Shown: positions 30,526 through 39,640 of the stretch, one piece after another | Layout: every line of letters starts with the position of its first letter | Numbering within the stretch: position 1 is the first letter of the stretch | Notes under the pieces: generated by a model | Databases searched by the model: none | The model's input: only the letters and a program-made list of their open reading frames with translations | What the model was told of the DNA's origin: nothing | Program-made: the position numbers and the translations under genes | Assembly: GCA_035486535.1 (NCBI GenBank) | Contig: DATHMY010000119.1 | Span: 1-47,105 of the forward strand | DNA: 47,105 nucleotides | From: Candidatus Acidiferrum sp. | Lineage (GTDB): Bacteria > Vulcanimicrobiota > Vulcanimicrobiia > Vulcanimicrobiales > Vulcanimicrobiaceae | Reading direction: 5' to 3'

Positions 30526-33500
30526 CTATTTCTTTTCGCCTTCCTGGCGCTGTCCGGCTCCGGAACCTGCGCTCGCCCAGCGGCCCAAGGGTTGCCCGAA
30601 TGAAGAGCGTTCCCTTGCGGGCACCGGCTCGTCGATGGCGTCCTCATGATAGGCCGCCCGGCGTCCCGGCCGGATGTTGCACGTCAGTGTCTTTGATTCA
30701 TGGATCGAGACGTTGGGATCGAGCGAGATCGGAATCAATTGACCGACCGAATCGCCGCGCGCAAGCGCAACCATGCTGCCGTAGTTGTAGGGGACGCCGA
30801 TCTGATGCACGCGCTTGCCCTTGCCCAAGCGCAGCGGACGCATCCGTCCGCTCACCAGCGCTCGCGCTTCCATCTCGCCGACCGCCGTCGAAAGCGTCAC
30901 CCAATCGCCGCTCTTGATGCCTTTGCTCACCGCGAGTTCGGGATCGATCTCGCAGAAGGCTGATGGTTGCAACTCCGCAAGCCACGGCACGTAGCGCGTC
31001 ATGATGCCCGACATCTCGGTGATCCGATAGGTCGTCAACACATGCGGATAATTTTCGTCAATCGGTTTGTTGTACGGATTGTCATCGCGCTCGTAACGTC
31101 CGAACACCGGACTGCTCTGCTGTTTGTAGAGCGCGTTCTCTACCACCGACTGCTGCGGTTCGTAGTGCGCCGGAATCGGCGCATCCTTGAGCGCACCGCC
31201 GGGCACGAAGATCTGTCCCACACCATCGAGCATCATGATGAACGGATCCGCGCCCGAATGAAAATCCATGCCGAGGCCATCCGGATTGGCCGGCGTGTCC
31301 GGTGCTTTGGTGGCCGGGAAATCCGGCACATCCACGCCGGTCCACTTCTTCGCTTCGGCGTCCCACCACACGTATTTCTTGCGCTCGCTCCACGGATTAC
31401 CGGCTGGATCGGCCGACGCGCGATTGTAGAGCGTGCGCCGGTTTGCCGGCCATGCCCAGCCCCAATTGAGTGCGGTGTACGGTCCGCTGGCATCGCGGCT
31501 GCGCGCGTGATTTGTGTGTTTGTCGGGACAGACACCGGTGTAGATCCAACCGCCCGATGCGGTCGAACCGTCATCTTTGAGATCGGCAAACGACACAACT
31601 TGCTCGCCGGTCGCCGTATAGTAGCCGTTGATCTCCTGCAGCACTTTGAGCGTCGACGGTTCGCCGCGCTCGCGCTCGTGTGGATCGTCGTGCTCGTAAC
31701 TCCACGTCATGTCGAGGATCGGACGATCCTTTGGATCGGTCGAACCCGCATAGAGTTCTTTGAGGCGTTTAGCAAACCAATTGAAGTACCAGGCGTCGCT
31801 CTTCGACTCGCCGGCGGGCTCGACGGCTTTGTCGTGCGCTTGGAGCATACGGCTCGTTTGCGTCATCGTGCCTTCTTTTTCCAGCACGGTTGCGGCGGGC
31901 AGGAAGAACACTTCGGTCGCGATTTTCGAAGGATCCGCGCCCTCGCGTCGCCAGAACGAGACGGTTTCGTTGTCGTAGCTGTCGATGTTGACGAACCACT
32001 CGAGCGACTCCAACGCGGCTCTGGTCATCTCGGCGTTTTGTCCGGAGGCGCCGGGATTTTGCCCGATGCAGAAGTAGCCTTTGACGACGCCGTCCTTCAT
32101 CGCGATCGTGGTCACGAGCTGGGAGTGATCGCCGATCAGTTGCGGTAGGTACTCGAAGCAGTAGTCGTTCTCTTTGGTGGCGGCGTCGCCGTAGAACGCT
32201 TTGAGTATCGAAACGACGTATTTCGGCGTGTTAGCCCACCAGCCGGTTTTTTTGGTCTGCGATTTGAGATAGGCCGCGAGGGTCTGCTCGTCGCGGTTGA
32301 CCGACGGCATCGCGAGGTAGCCGGGCAGTGAGTCGTAGAGCGTCGCGATGTCGGTTGCGCCTTGGATGTCGGCGTGTCCGCGCAGCGCCATGATGCCGCC
32401 GCCTGGGCGACCGATGTTGCCAAGCAGCAGCTGGAGAATCGCTGCGGTGCGAATGAACTGCACGCCGTTGGTGTGTTGCGTCCAACCGACCGCATAGGCG
32501 AATGCGGTCGTGCGATCGCGTCCGCTGTTCTTCGCGAGCGTCTGGGCGATCTGGGTGAAGAGTTCGCGCGGCGTACCGCAGACCGCTTCGACCATCTCCG
32601 CCGTGTACCGTCCGTAGTGGCGACGCAGCAGGTTGAGCACGCAGCGTTCGTGCTGCATCGTCGGATCGGTCTTGATGTGGCCTTTTTCGTCACGCTCCCA
32701 CGTCCACGTTCCGAAATCGTAAACCAGCCCATCGGCGTCGTAGCCCGAGAACATGCCGCCGAGGTCTTCCGTGTCCTTGAAGTCGGCGCTAACGATGAAG
32801 GGCGCGTTGGTATACGCAGCCACGTACTCTTTGAAGTAGTTCTCGTTGGTCAGCAGATAGTTGATAATCGCCCCGAGGAACACGATGTCGCTGCCGCTGC
32901 GTATCGGCGCGTAGATGTCGGCGACTGCCGAGGTACGAGTAAAGCGCGGGTCGACATGAATGATCGTTGCGCCGCGCTCCTTGGCTTCCATCACGAATCG
33001 GAAGCCGACCGGATGTGCTTCAGCGAAATTCGAGCCTTCGATCAGGATGCAATCAGCATTCGCCAGATCGGGGAGCCAGACCGTCGCGCCGCCGCGACCG
33101 AACGAGGTGCCGAGACCCGGCACCGTCGAGGAGTGTCATATTCGAGCTTGGTTTTCGATCGAGACCACGCCAAGCGAGTGCATCAACTTGCCCAGCATGT
33201 AGTTCTCTTCGATGCCGAACGTCGCACCGCCAAGCGAAGCGATCCCGAGCGTATTATTCACGCGCTTACCGTTACGTTCGCGCACGAACGTTTCTTCACG
33301 GGTCTTTTTTGTGAGTTGCGCGATACGCTCGAGCGCCCATGCGAGCGGCCGCTCTTCGTAGCGATCCGAATACGGTGCGCGATATTTGACCGTTGTCCAC
33401 CGCGCCTCGTTGACGGTAAGGCCGAATAGCGCGGAACCCTTCGGGCAGAGATGGCCGGCGTTGATCGGACTCTCGGGATTGCCTTCGACGTCGAGCAATT

Positions 33501-33702
33501 TGCCGTCGTCGCTAACGTAGGCCAGCGTGCTGCAACCGACCGCGCAGTAGCAACACAGACTGGTGACCGCCTTGGCGCCGCTGATGCGCGCTTTCAAGGA
33601 TTGCGTGCGCTGCGACTTGACGTTCGGCAACATGCCGACGTGCTCGCGCAAGTCCGCGCCGTCGTGCGCAAGGAGTTTCGTCAAGTCAACGGTGGTTTTC
33701 AC
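30526..33702 (-). CDS. fdnG: formate dehydrogenase catalytic (alpha) subunit, molybdopterin-dependent, selenocysteine-containing (UGA at 33138-33136 read through)
   Basis: Track ORFs 33136-33702 and 30526-33123 are in the same frame. The junction reads ...VSIENQARI-U-HSSTVPGLGTSFGRGG, matching the FdnG/FdhF Sec motif. The N-terminal Fe-S motif is CCYCAVGC...HLCPKG. GTG start with SD GGAGGGA. Confidence 0.9.
33103..33138 (-). promoter_or_regulatory. Sec codon UGA plus bacterial SECIS hairpin
   Basis: The RNA reads UGA CAC UCC UCG ACG GUG CCG GGU CUC GGC ACC UCG. A 7-bp stem GGUGCCG/CGGCACC (33124-33118 / 33112-33106) closes a GGUCU loop. A 3-bp lower stem and a bulged C lie below it. Loop G and U fall at +23/+24 from the U of UGA, as I recall for E. 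coli fdhF. Confidence 0.75.
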
Positions 33703-33723
33703 GCATCCCTCCGAGTCTTAAGA

Positions 33724-33743
33724 GGGGGCCGTTTCCGGCCCCC
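33724..33743 (-). terminator. 8-bp GC hairpin (GGGGGCCG-tttc-CGGCCCCC) between the OFA transporter gene and fdnG
   Basis: Perfect stem. There is a poor U-tract on the minus strand (UCUUAAG). It could be a terminator/attenuator or a 5'-UTR stabiliser for fdnG. A TACAAT -10-like hexamer lies just upstream on the minus strand (33763-33758). Confidence 0.4.
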
Positions 33744-33771
33744 GCTTCCTGTTGACGATTGTACCCCAGAA

Positions 33772-35118
33772 CTACGCGGTTGCGGTCTTGGGTTGCTCCG
33801 TGGGTTTCTTCACGAAGAACGGGATGATCGCCGCGATGATCAGCATCACCGCGACCCACGGCATCGCGCCGGTAAACGAACCGGTACGATCCTTCACGAA
33901 GGCGGCGACGAGCGGCCCGACTAGACCGGCGAAGCCCCACGCGGTGAGGATGTAGCCGTAGATCTGTCCGAGGTACTTCGTACCAAAGAAGTCCGCCGTG
34001 AACGACGGCATCACACCGAATCCGCCGCCGTAGCAGGCGAGCACGATGGCAAAGCCGATGCCAACCAGCCACGGGTTGTGCAATCCGCCGAGGACGAAGA
34101 AGATTACGACCTGGATGAGATACATTACCGTATAGGTCAGCGGGCGACCGATGCGATCCGAGACCGAGCCCCAGAAGAAGCGCCCGAGTCCGTTGAAGAT
34201 CGCGAGCAAGCCATAGAGCGGCGCGACGATTGCCGCAGTTTCCCCGGTCAGGTCGCTAAAGATCGGCACGGCGTTCGAGATGATCAGGATGCCGGCAGTG
34301 ACATTGAGGAAGAGTAACAGCCAGAGCAGATAGAGCTGCGGCATGCCCAACGCCTGCGAGGGCGTGTAGCTGGGTCCGCTCGCGGCAGCTTGCGCAACTG
34401 CGCCGGCCACCGTATACCCGGCAGGCGGATTGCTCAGCAGCCATGCGCAGATGCCGCCGATGATGATGAAGACCACGCCGGACCAGATGAAGACACTCAT
34501 CACGCCCTGGACTTGTTCGGGCGTGAGCATATATTGCGCCGCATTGAACGTCGAAACCGTTCCGGCTTTGATAGCGTCGGCGCGCGCGTCGGCGTACACG
34601 CCGGCCTGCTTCGCTGCTGCGGCAAACGAGCCGATGCGCGGAATGATTTGGTTGTAGAAGAACGCGCCGAGCCCGAATCCCATCACGACCAGGCCCGTCG
34701 CCATGCCGCGACGGTCGGGGAACCACTTCGTAACGGTGGCAACCGGCGTCACGTAGGCCATGCCGCCGCCGATGCCGCCGATCAAACCGTAACAGAGATA
34801 GAGCCACAACTTCCCGAACGCGACCGTTCCGAGGCCGGCAAGCAATAAGCCGATGCCCCATAGGATCACGCCGGTAACCGTGACAATGCGCGGGCCGGAG
34901 CGATCTTGCCAGCGTCCGCCGATAACCGTGCCGATGCCGAAACAGAAAATTGCGACGGCGAACGCCCACGTTACGTCGGCGTTGGTCCAGCCGAATGCTG
35001 CGAGCAGCGGCCGAGTGAAAATACTCCACGAATAGACGGTGCCTAAGCACAGCATTACGCCGATGCCGGCGATCAAAATTCCCCAGCGATTACCCGAGGA
35101 CGCGGGATTGGAAGCCAT
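33772..35118 (-). CDS. MFS transporter, oxalate/formate antiporter (OFA) family
   Basis: 448 aa. N-terminus NRWGILIAGIGVMLCLGTVYSWSIFTRPLLAAFGW is characteristic of OFA/OxlT-like MFS proteins. 12 TMS-like segments. Confidence 0.82.
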   Translation of the reverse strand: MASNPASSGNRWGILIAGIGVMLCLGTVYSWSIFTRPLLAAFGWTNADVTWAFAVAIFCFGIGTVIGGRWQDRSGPRIVTVTGVILWGIGLLLAGLGTVAFGKLWLYLCYGLIGGIGGGMAYVTPVATVTKWFPDRRGMATGLVVMGFGLGAFFYNQIIPRIGSFAAAAKQAGVYADARADAIKAGTVSTFNAAQYMLTPEQVQGVMSVFIWSGVVFIIIGGICAWLLSNPPAGYTVAGAVAQAAASGPSYTPSQALGMPQLYLLWLLLFLNVTAGILIISNAVPIFSDLTGETAAIVAPLYGLLAIFNGLGRFFWGSVSDRIGRPLTYTVMYLIQVVIFFVLGGLHNPWLVGIGFAIVLACYGGGFGVMPSFTADFFGTKYLGQIYGYILTAWGFAGLVGPLVAAFVKDRTGSFTGAMPWVAVMLIIAAIIPFFVKKPTEQPKTATA

Positions 35119-35175
35119 GCGCGTTTCCCCCTTATAAAAGTTTGGTTAGGTACTTTAACCTACGGTTGGTAAGAC

Positions 35176-35197
35176 CTTGGCTGCTTGGCTAGCCAAG
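35176..35197 (-). terminator. palindromic hairpin region (14-nt perfect palindrome CTTGGCTAGCCAAG plus an upstream CTTGGC copy), 2 nt after the phosphoesterase stop
   Basis: The palindrome spans 35184-35197, with an alternative pairing partner CTTGGC at 35176-35181. A second hairpin and UUUUAU follow on the minus-strand RNA. Confidence 0.3.
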
Positions 35198-35199
35198 AC

Positions 35200-37419
35200 T
35201 CAGCGTGGTGTGTGCCCCGCAACGTGCGCGAGGATGTCGTTGAGCTCGCGTGAGTCGGCCGCGTCGGCATCGTGAAAGTCCATATGCAAGCTGGCGGCGG
35301 CGCCATAGGCGTGCGCCGTGTTCTTCACCGTGTCGTCGATCGTTGGTGCGATCACGTCATACGGCCGCAGATCCGGCTGCAGTACGAAGGCGTCGTACAA
35401 CGGCGGCGCGAGCGTGTCGTAGATCGTCATCGGCGGTAGGCCGAGCAGCAATTCCATCGTGCGGACTACGCTCGAGGTGGTGTAGTGGGCGTGATGGACG
35501 CCGGGCGCGGCGTACGGCGACGCGAGATAGAATGTGGTGCGCTGGTCGTCGACGTGATCGGGACCGTTCTGCGAGTCGTCCTCGATGGCAAAGATTGCGG
35601 TGCTCGCCCAATACCGCGAATGTGAAACGACGTCGACGATGCGGCCGAGTGCGTGATCGTTTTGCGCGAGGTACGCCTGCGGTGTCCACGCGCCCGGATA
35701 CGTACCCGAGGTGTGATCATTGGGTAAGCGCACGATGATCAGCGCCGGAAGATTCCCATCGCGCACGAACTGTTCGAACTCGCGTTGCCATTCGTCCACG
35801 CGAGCTTCATCGTTGATCTTCAGGTCGAAACCGGGAAAGCGCCCATCAATCTTACCGATCAAGCCGGCCATGTGCGTGGTGTAGAGACCGCCCGGAGCGG
35901 ACGGATCGGTAACGAACTCACCGTAGTCACGTAACGACACGCCGTGTTTGTCCGCATCGTCCCAAAGATATCCCGTGCCGGGCACGCTGGCGATTGCACT
36001 ATCCTCGAAATCGTACTGTTTGCGACGGCCACCGTAATTCGGCGGCCAGAAGCGCTCGAGATAGTCGTTAGCAAACGCCGCGGTCGACCAGTTGTGGCCG
36101 CTGGCGCTCACTTGCGCGTCGGTAAACGTCCGGTCGAAGACGCCGAATCGCAAGGCGATCGCATGGTCGTTCGGCGTGATCTCTTTTCCAAACCACGCGA
36201 GTTTCGGATCGCCGTCGCCGATCGGGAGGTCGCCGAGCACCTGATCGTACGTGCGATTTTCCTTGATGATGTAGATGACGTGCGCGATCGGGCCGCCGGC
36301 GCGCACAACCGTTTGCGCCGGCGTCGCGACCGGCTCCGGCATGTTGGCCGCAACCTCGGCGGTACTGGTCGCATCGAACGCGTTACGCGCAATTGCGCGC
36401 ACCGAGCCGGTCATTGCGGCGGCAACGTACTCCGGATCGTGGTGATGTTCGGGGCGAAAATCGGGATTCGCGCGCGAGCCTTCGCCGCGGCCATTCGAAA
36501 CATAGACCATGTTCGCGTCGACCGCAACCCCGGTCGGGTACCAGCCCGCCGGCACGCGTGCTATCACGCGATCGCCGCGAATCTCGGCCACCGCGTTTTC
36601 GGCGCCCAGCGACGCATAGAGCGTTCCATCAGACGCGAGTGCCAGTGCGTTAGGCGATGCACCGCGGCCCTGCGGCAGGCCGACGCCGATGCGTCCGACG
36701 ATCGCGTCGGTCTTGGTATCGATCACGTCGATCGTGTCGGCATCGGAACACGCGACGTAGAGTTTCGTTCCGTCATGTGAGAGAGCGAGTGCGGATGGAT
36801 GCAGGCCTACAGCAATCGTCAGCGTCTTTGCGCTGTTGAGAATGTGGGTCACCGTCGCTTCGCCGCGATTCGCAACGTAGAGCGTGCGATTCCCCGGCAC
36901 AAAGACGACCGCAGCGGGATGACTACCGGTCGTGACGGTTTGCACGCCGCCTGCTGCGTGAATCGTTGCAGTACCGGCGAGATCGTCGGCGGTTATCAAG
37001 CGCGGGCCGTCGAGCACGAGCGCGGAAGGATAGGCTGCTGACGGCACGCTGGAGACATTGCCGGTCGCAGCGTCGACGATGAACACGCTATCGGTCGTCG
37101 CACCTGGAACGTAAATCGAATTGCCTTCCCACACCGGCGATCCGAACGCATCTTTGAGCGGAATGATGCGTAGCGTCTTCAAATCGGGCACAGCGAGAAT
37201 GCGCAACGCCGGCGGGTTGATGCCGCCTTCGACGATCGCGATCTCACTGCCGTCGGGCGAAAGCGCGAGTCCCTGCGGCATTGTGCCGGTTGTGCTTACG
37301 GCACCGGCCGGCGCGGTCAACGTCCAGTCGGTGGGAAGCCAAATCGTGCGCGTCGCCGTTGCCCCGGCGATTGCGAACGCTGCGGCGAGGGAAAGAACCA
37401 GGAGCCAACGTCGCTTCAT
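35200..37419 (-). CDS. secreted bifunctional-type protein: YncE/YVTN beta-propeller fused to phosphoesterase (PLC/AcpA, alkaline-phosphatase superfamily) domain
   Basis: 739 aa with a signal peptide MKRRWLLVLSLAAAFAIAGA. Propeller repeats LYVANRGEATV, KLYVACSDADTIDVID and MVYVSNG. Phosphoesterase motifs HVIYIIKENRTYDQVLGDL and LPNDHTSG. Confidence 0.85.
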   Translation of the reverse strand: MKRRWLLVLSLAAAFAIAGATATRTIWLPTDWTLTAPAGAVSTTGTMPQGLALSPDGSEIAIVEGGINPPALRILAVPDLKTLRIIPLKDAFGSPVWEGNSIYVPGATTDSVFIVDAATGNVSSVPSAAYPSALVLDGPRLITADDLAGTATIHAAGGVQTVTTGSHPAAVVFVPGNRTLYVANRGEATVTHILNSAKTLTIAVGLHPSALALSHDGTKLYVACSDADTIDVIDTKTDAIVGRIGVGLPQGRGASPNALALASDGTLYASLGAENAVAEIRGDRVIARVPAGWYPTGVAVDANMVYVSNGRGEGSRANPDFRPEHHHDPEYVAAAMTGSVRAIARNAFDATSTAEVAANMPEPVATPAQTVVRAGGPIAHVIYIIKENRTYDQVLGDLPIGDGDPKLAWFGKEITPNDHAIALRFGVFDRTFTDAQVSASGHNWSTAAFANDYLERFWPPNYGGRRKQYDFEDSAIASVPGTGYLWDDADKHGVSLRDYGEFVTDPSAPGGLYTTHMAGLIGKIDGRFPGFDLKINDEARVDEWQREFEQFVRDGNLPALIIVRLPNDHTSGTYPGAWTPQAYLAQNDHALGRIVDVVSHSRYWASTAIFAIEDDSQNGPDHVDDQRTTFYLASPYAAPGVHHAHYTTSSVVRTMELLLGLPPMTIYDTLAPPLYDAFVLQPDLRPYDVIAPTIDDTVKNTAHAYGAAASLHMDFHDADAADSRELNDILAHVAGHTPR

Positions 37420-37482
37420 AGGGGGAGGGTGCGCCGCCCCGGAAACGGCAACCTTCGACCCGTTAAGGAGTGTTAAACCGCC

Positions 37483-38427
37483 GTGGACCTCTCGTCGATC
37501 ACCGTCTATGCAAACGGCAAATTCTGCCGCTACGATGAAGCCAAGGTTGGCCTACTGACGCACGGGCTGCAGTACGGCACGGGCTGTTTCGAAGGGATCC
37601 GCGGGTATTGGAGCCCGACCGAACGCGAGCTCTACCTGGTGCTATTGCGCGAGCACTACGATCGGTTGAAAACGTCGGCCAAGATTCTCATGATGAACGT
37701 GCCGCACTCAGTTGATGAGCTCATCGATCTCACCGTCGAACTGAGTGCCCGCAATCGGTTTGAGACGGATATCTACATTCGTCCCTGTATCTTCAAAGCG
37801 GCTGAAGACATCGGTGTGCGGCTGCACAACGTGCCCGATGCGTTTGCGATCATTCCGGTGCCGTTCACCAATTATCTCGATACGAGCAAAGGACTCAACG
37901 TCTGCATCAGTTCGTGGCGCCGCGCCGACGACACCATGGCTCCGCCAAGAGCCAAAATCACCGGCTTGTACGTGAACTCGGCGCTAGCGAAGAGCGAAGC
38001 GATCACCAACGGCTATGACGAAGCGATCCTGCTCTCCCACGACGGGCACGTCGCCGAAGGCTCGGCTGAAAACGTCTTTCTCGTTCGCAACGGCAAACTG
38101 CTTACGCCTGACCCGTCGCAGAACGTGCTCGAGGGCTGTACGCGTCGCGCGATCATGGACATCGCCGCAGCCTACGGCATCGAGACGATCGAACGCTCGA
38201 TCGACCGCGGTGAACTGTACGCTGCCGACGAGTTATTCTTCACAGGCACGGCCGCCGGCATTGCGTACATCGCATCGGTCGATCGCCGCATCGTCGGCGA
38301 CGGCACGATGGGTCCTGTCGCGCGCATGCTGATGGAAACCTATCAACGCGCCGTCCGCAATCAAGATCCCGCCTGGAGCTCTTGGCTCACCGCCACTTAT
38401 TCTTCAAAAACAAAAGCCACGGTTTAG
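37483..38427 (+). CDS. ilvE: branched-chain amino acid aminotransferase (class IV)
   Basis: 314 aa. HGLQYGTGCFEGIRGY, PPRAKITGLYVNSALAKSEA and EGSAENVFLVRNGKL. GTG start. Confidence 0.92.
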   Translation: MDLSSITVYANGKFCRYDEAKVGLLTHGLQYGTGCFEGIRGYWSPTERELYLVLLREHYDRLKTSAKILMMNVPHSVDELIDLTVELSARNRFETDIYIRPCIFKAAEDIGVRLHNVPDAFAIIPVPFTNYLDTSKGLNVCISSWRRADDTMAPPRAKITGLYVNSALAKSEAITNGYDEAILLSHDGHVAEGSAENVFLVRNGKLLTPDPSQNVLEGCTRRAIMDIAAAYGIETIERSIDRGELYAADELFFTGTAAGIAYIASVDRRIVGDGTMGPVARMLMETYQRAVRNQDPAWSSWLTATYSSKTKATV

Positions 38428-38598
38428 CTCTCCTCGTCACGCACGCACCCCCGACTTGAAGACGCTCGAAAGCCCGCATCGTGCGGGCTTTCTGCTACGA
38501 CACATTTTTCGCAAAACGAAGTTTTGAAGTTCACATCCTGTGATAGCGAAAAATGTTGTAGTCTTCGCGTCGGGGGTGCGTGCGTGACGAGTTAGAGC
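38427..38598. repeat. nested inverted-repeat element filling the ilvE / serine-hydrolase convergent spacer (23-bp perfect outer arms, AT-rich structured core)
   Basis: Perfect reverse-complement arms at 38433-38455 and 38569-38591. They extend outward to GCTCT/AGAGC (38427-38431 / 38594-38598) and inward to GAAGAC/GTCTTC (38458-38463 / 38561-38566). Inner arm pair ACATTTTTCGC/GCGAAAAATGT at 38502-38512 / 38546-38556. All were verified base by base. Confidence 0.85.
38468..38492 (+). terminator. 11-bp hairpin GAAAGCCCGCA-tcg-TGCGGGCTTTC inside the nested repeat element
   Basis: A perfect stem 41 nt downstream of the ilvE stop. Neither strand has a clear U-tract. Confidence 0.45.
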
Positions 38599-39596
38599 GA
38601 ACCGTTGCTTGGCGTGTCGGCTCCGGTGCTACGATCCCAGTAACGCAAGTCGGGCGATGCCGTGCCGTTCGTTTCGTTGAACGCGCCGACGCCGGTGAGA
38701 TCGCGCCACGCGGTCATGCGTGCTTCTTGCTGGAACGTCATCAGCGAGAGCGTACGGATGAATGTGCGGCCGATATCCAGGGATGGAAGATGCGTGGTCA
38801 TCACTGCGATGACATACGGATCGTCACCGTAAACGATGCCGACGTCGTTGAGCGTATCGAAGAAGCTTCCGGTCTTGTGCGCGATTGCTATGCCCGGCGG
38901 CAGCGGCTCCGGAAGAAGCGTGTTGATTTGATCGCCCTCGAGAATCGAGATCATCTCGTTCGAGGACCAACCATCGACGAGTTCGCGTTTGGCCATCATC
39001 GCGAGCAGCCGCACCATGTCGGCCGGCGATGATTCGAGCGCTTGTCGTACCGACCAGCTATCGGTGCGCACGTCGCCGCGCAGACGTGTTTGACCCAGCC
39101 CGAGCGTGTTCATCGTGTGATTGATGTTGTGCAGGCCGACCAAACGGATCAACATGTTCGTCGCGGTGTTGTCGCTGATGTCGATCATCTTGTCGAGCAG
39201 TTCGTCGACGGTGTACGTCGTACCGGACGGTGCGCCGCACAGATCGCCGGAACCGTAATCCTTGTCGCTCGCGAGCAACGTGACGCGACGATCGAGTTCG
39301 AAGCGGCCGGCTTCCAGTTGACGAAAGACCTCGACCATCACCGGAACCTTGATCGTGGATGCGGCCGGCATTGCCGCTGCGGCGTTATACCCGACGTGGT
39401 AGCCGGTCGCCAGATCCATCACTTCGACCGCGGTTGAAGCGGGGAAACGGATGACCATGCGATGGAGATCGGCGCGGAGCGATTGCATCGGAGGGGGCAC
39501 GAGCGTCGCTTGCACGGGTGCACAGAGCCCCACAAAGGGCAGCAGCACTCCCGCGATTATGGCAATGACAAAACGTACTGCCCGCGAATCGCCCAC
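38592..39596 (-). CDS. class A beta-lactamase-fold serine hydrolase (secreted)
   Basis: SxxK (ASTIK), SDN (ISDNTATN) and KTG (HKTGS) motifs are in order. Signal-like N-terminus VRFVIAIIAGVLLPFVGLCAPVQA. The start is taken as GTG 39596. The 508-aa track ORF extends artefactually into the upstream permease gene. Confidence 0.78.
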   Translation of the reverse strand: MGDSRAVRFVIAIIAGVLLPFVGLCAPVQATLVPPPMQSLRADLHRMVIRFPASTAVEVMDLATGYHVGYNAAAAMPAASTIKVPVMVEVFRQLEAGRFELDRRVTLLASDKDYGSGDLCGAPSGTTYTVDELLDKMIDISDNTATNMLIRLVGLHNINHTMNTLGLGQTRLRGDVRTDSWSVRQALESSPADMVRLLAMMAKRELVDGWSSNEMISILEGDQINTLLPEPLPPGIAIAHKTGSFFDTLNDVGIVYGDDPYVIAVMTTHLPSLDIGRTFIRTLSLMTFQQEARMTAWRDLTGVGAFNETNGTASPDLRYWDRSTGADTPSNGSL

Positions 39597-39640
39597 GTTG
39601 TTCGCAGTATAGCACAGGCTGCAATAGTTTTTTCTGGGAC

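Noticed and set aside
30967-33429. 393-aa and 355-aa plus-strand ORFs (30967-32148, 32362-33429)
   Set aside because: Both are antisense to fdnG. They are Arg/His/Val-rich with no motifs. The fdnG reading is supported along its whole length.
30526-33702. fdnG read as a nonsense-disrupted pseudogene
   Set aside because: The single interruption is a TGA exactly at the conserved Sec position, followed by a SECIS-like hairpin. Both halves are otherwise intact and in frame, so Sec recoding is the better explanation.
38592-39596. Calling the class-A-fold protein a beta-lactamase resistance gene
   Set aside because: The SxxK/SDN/KTG motifs define only the fold. I could not confirm the omega-loop Glu166 context by eye, and the protein has an unusual C-terminal extension. 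The generic call of serine hydrolase is safer.
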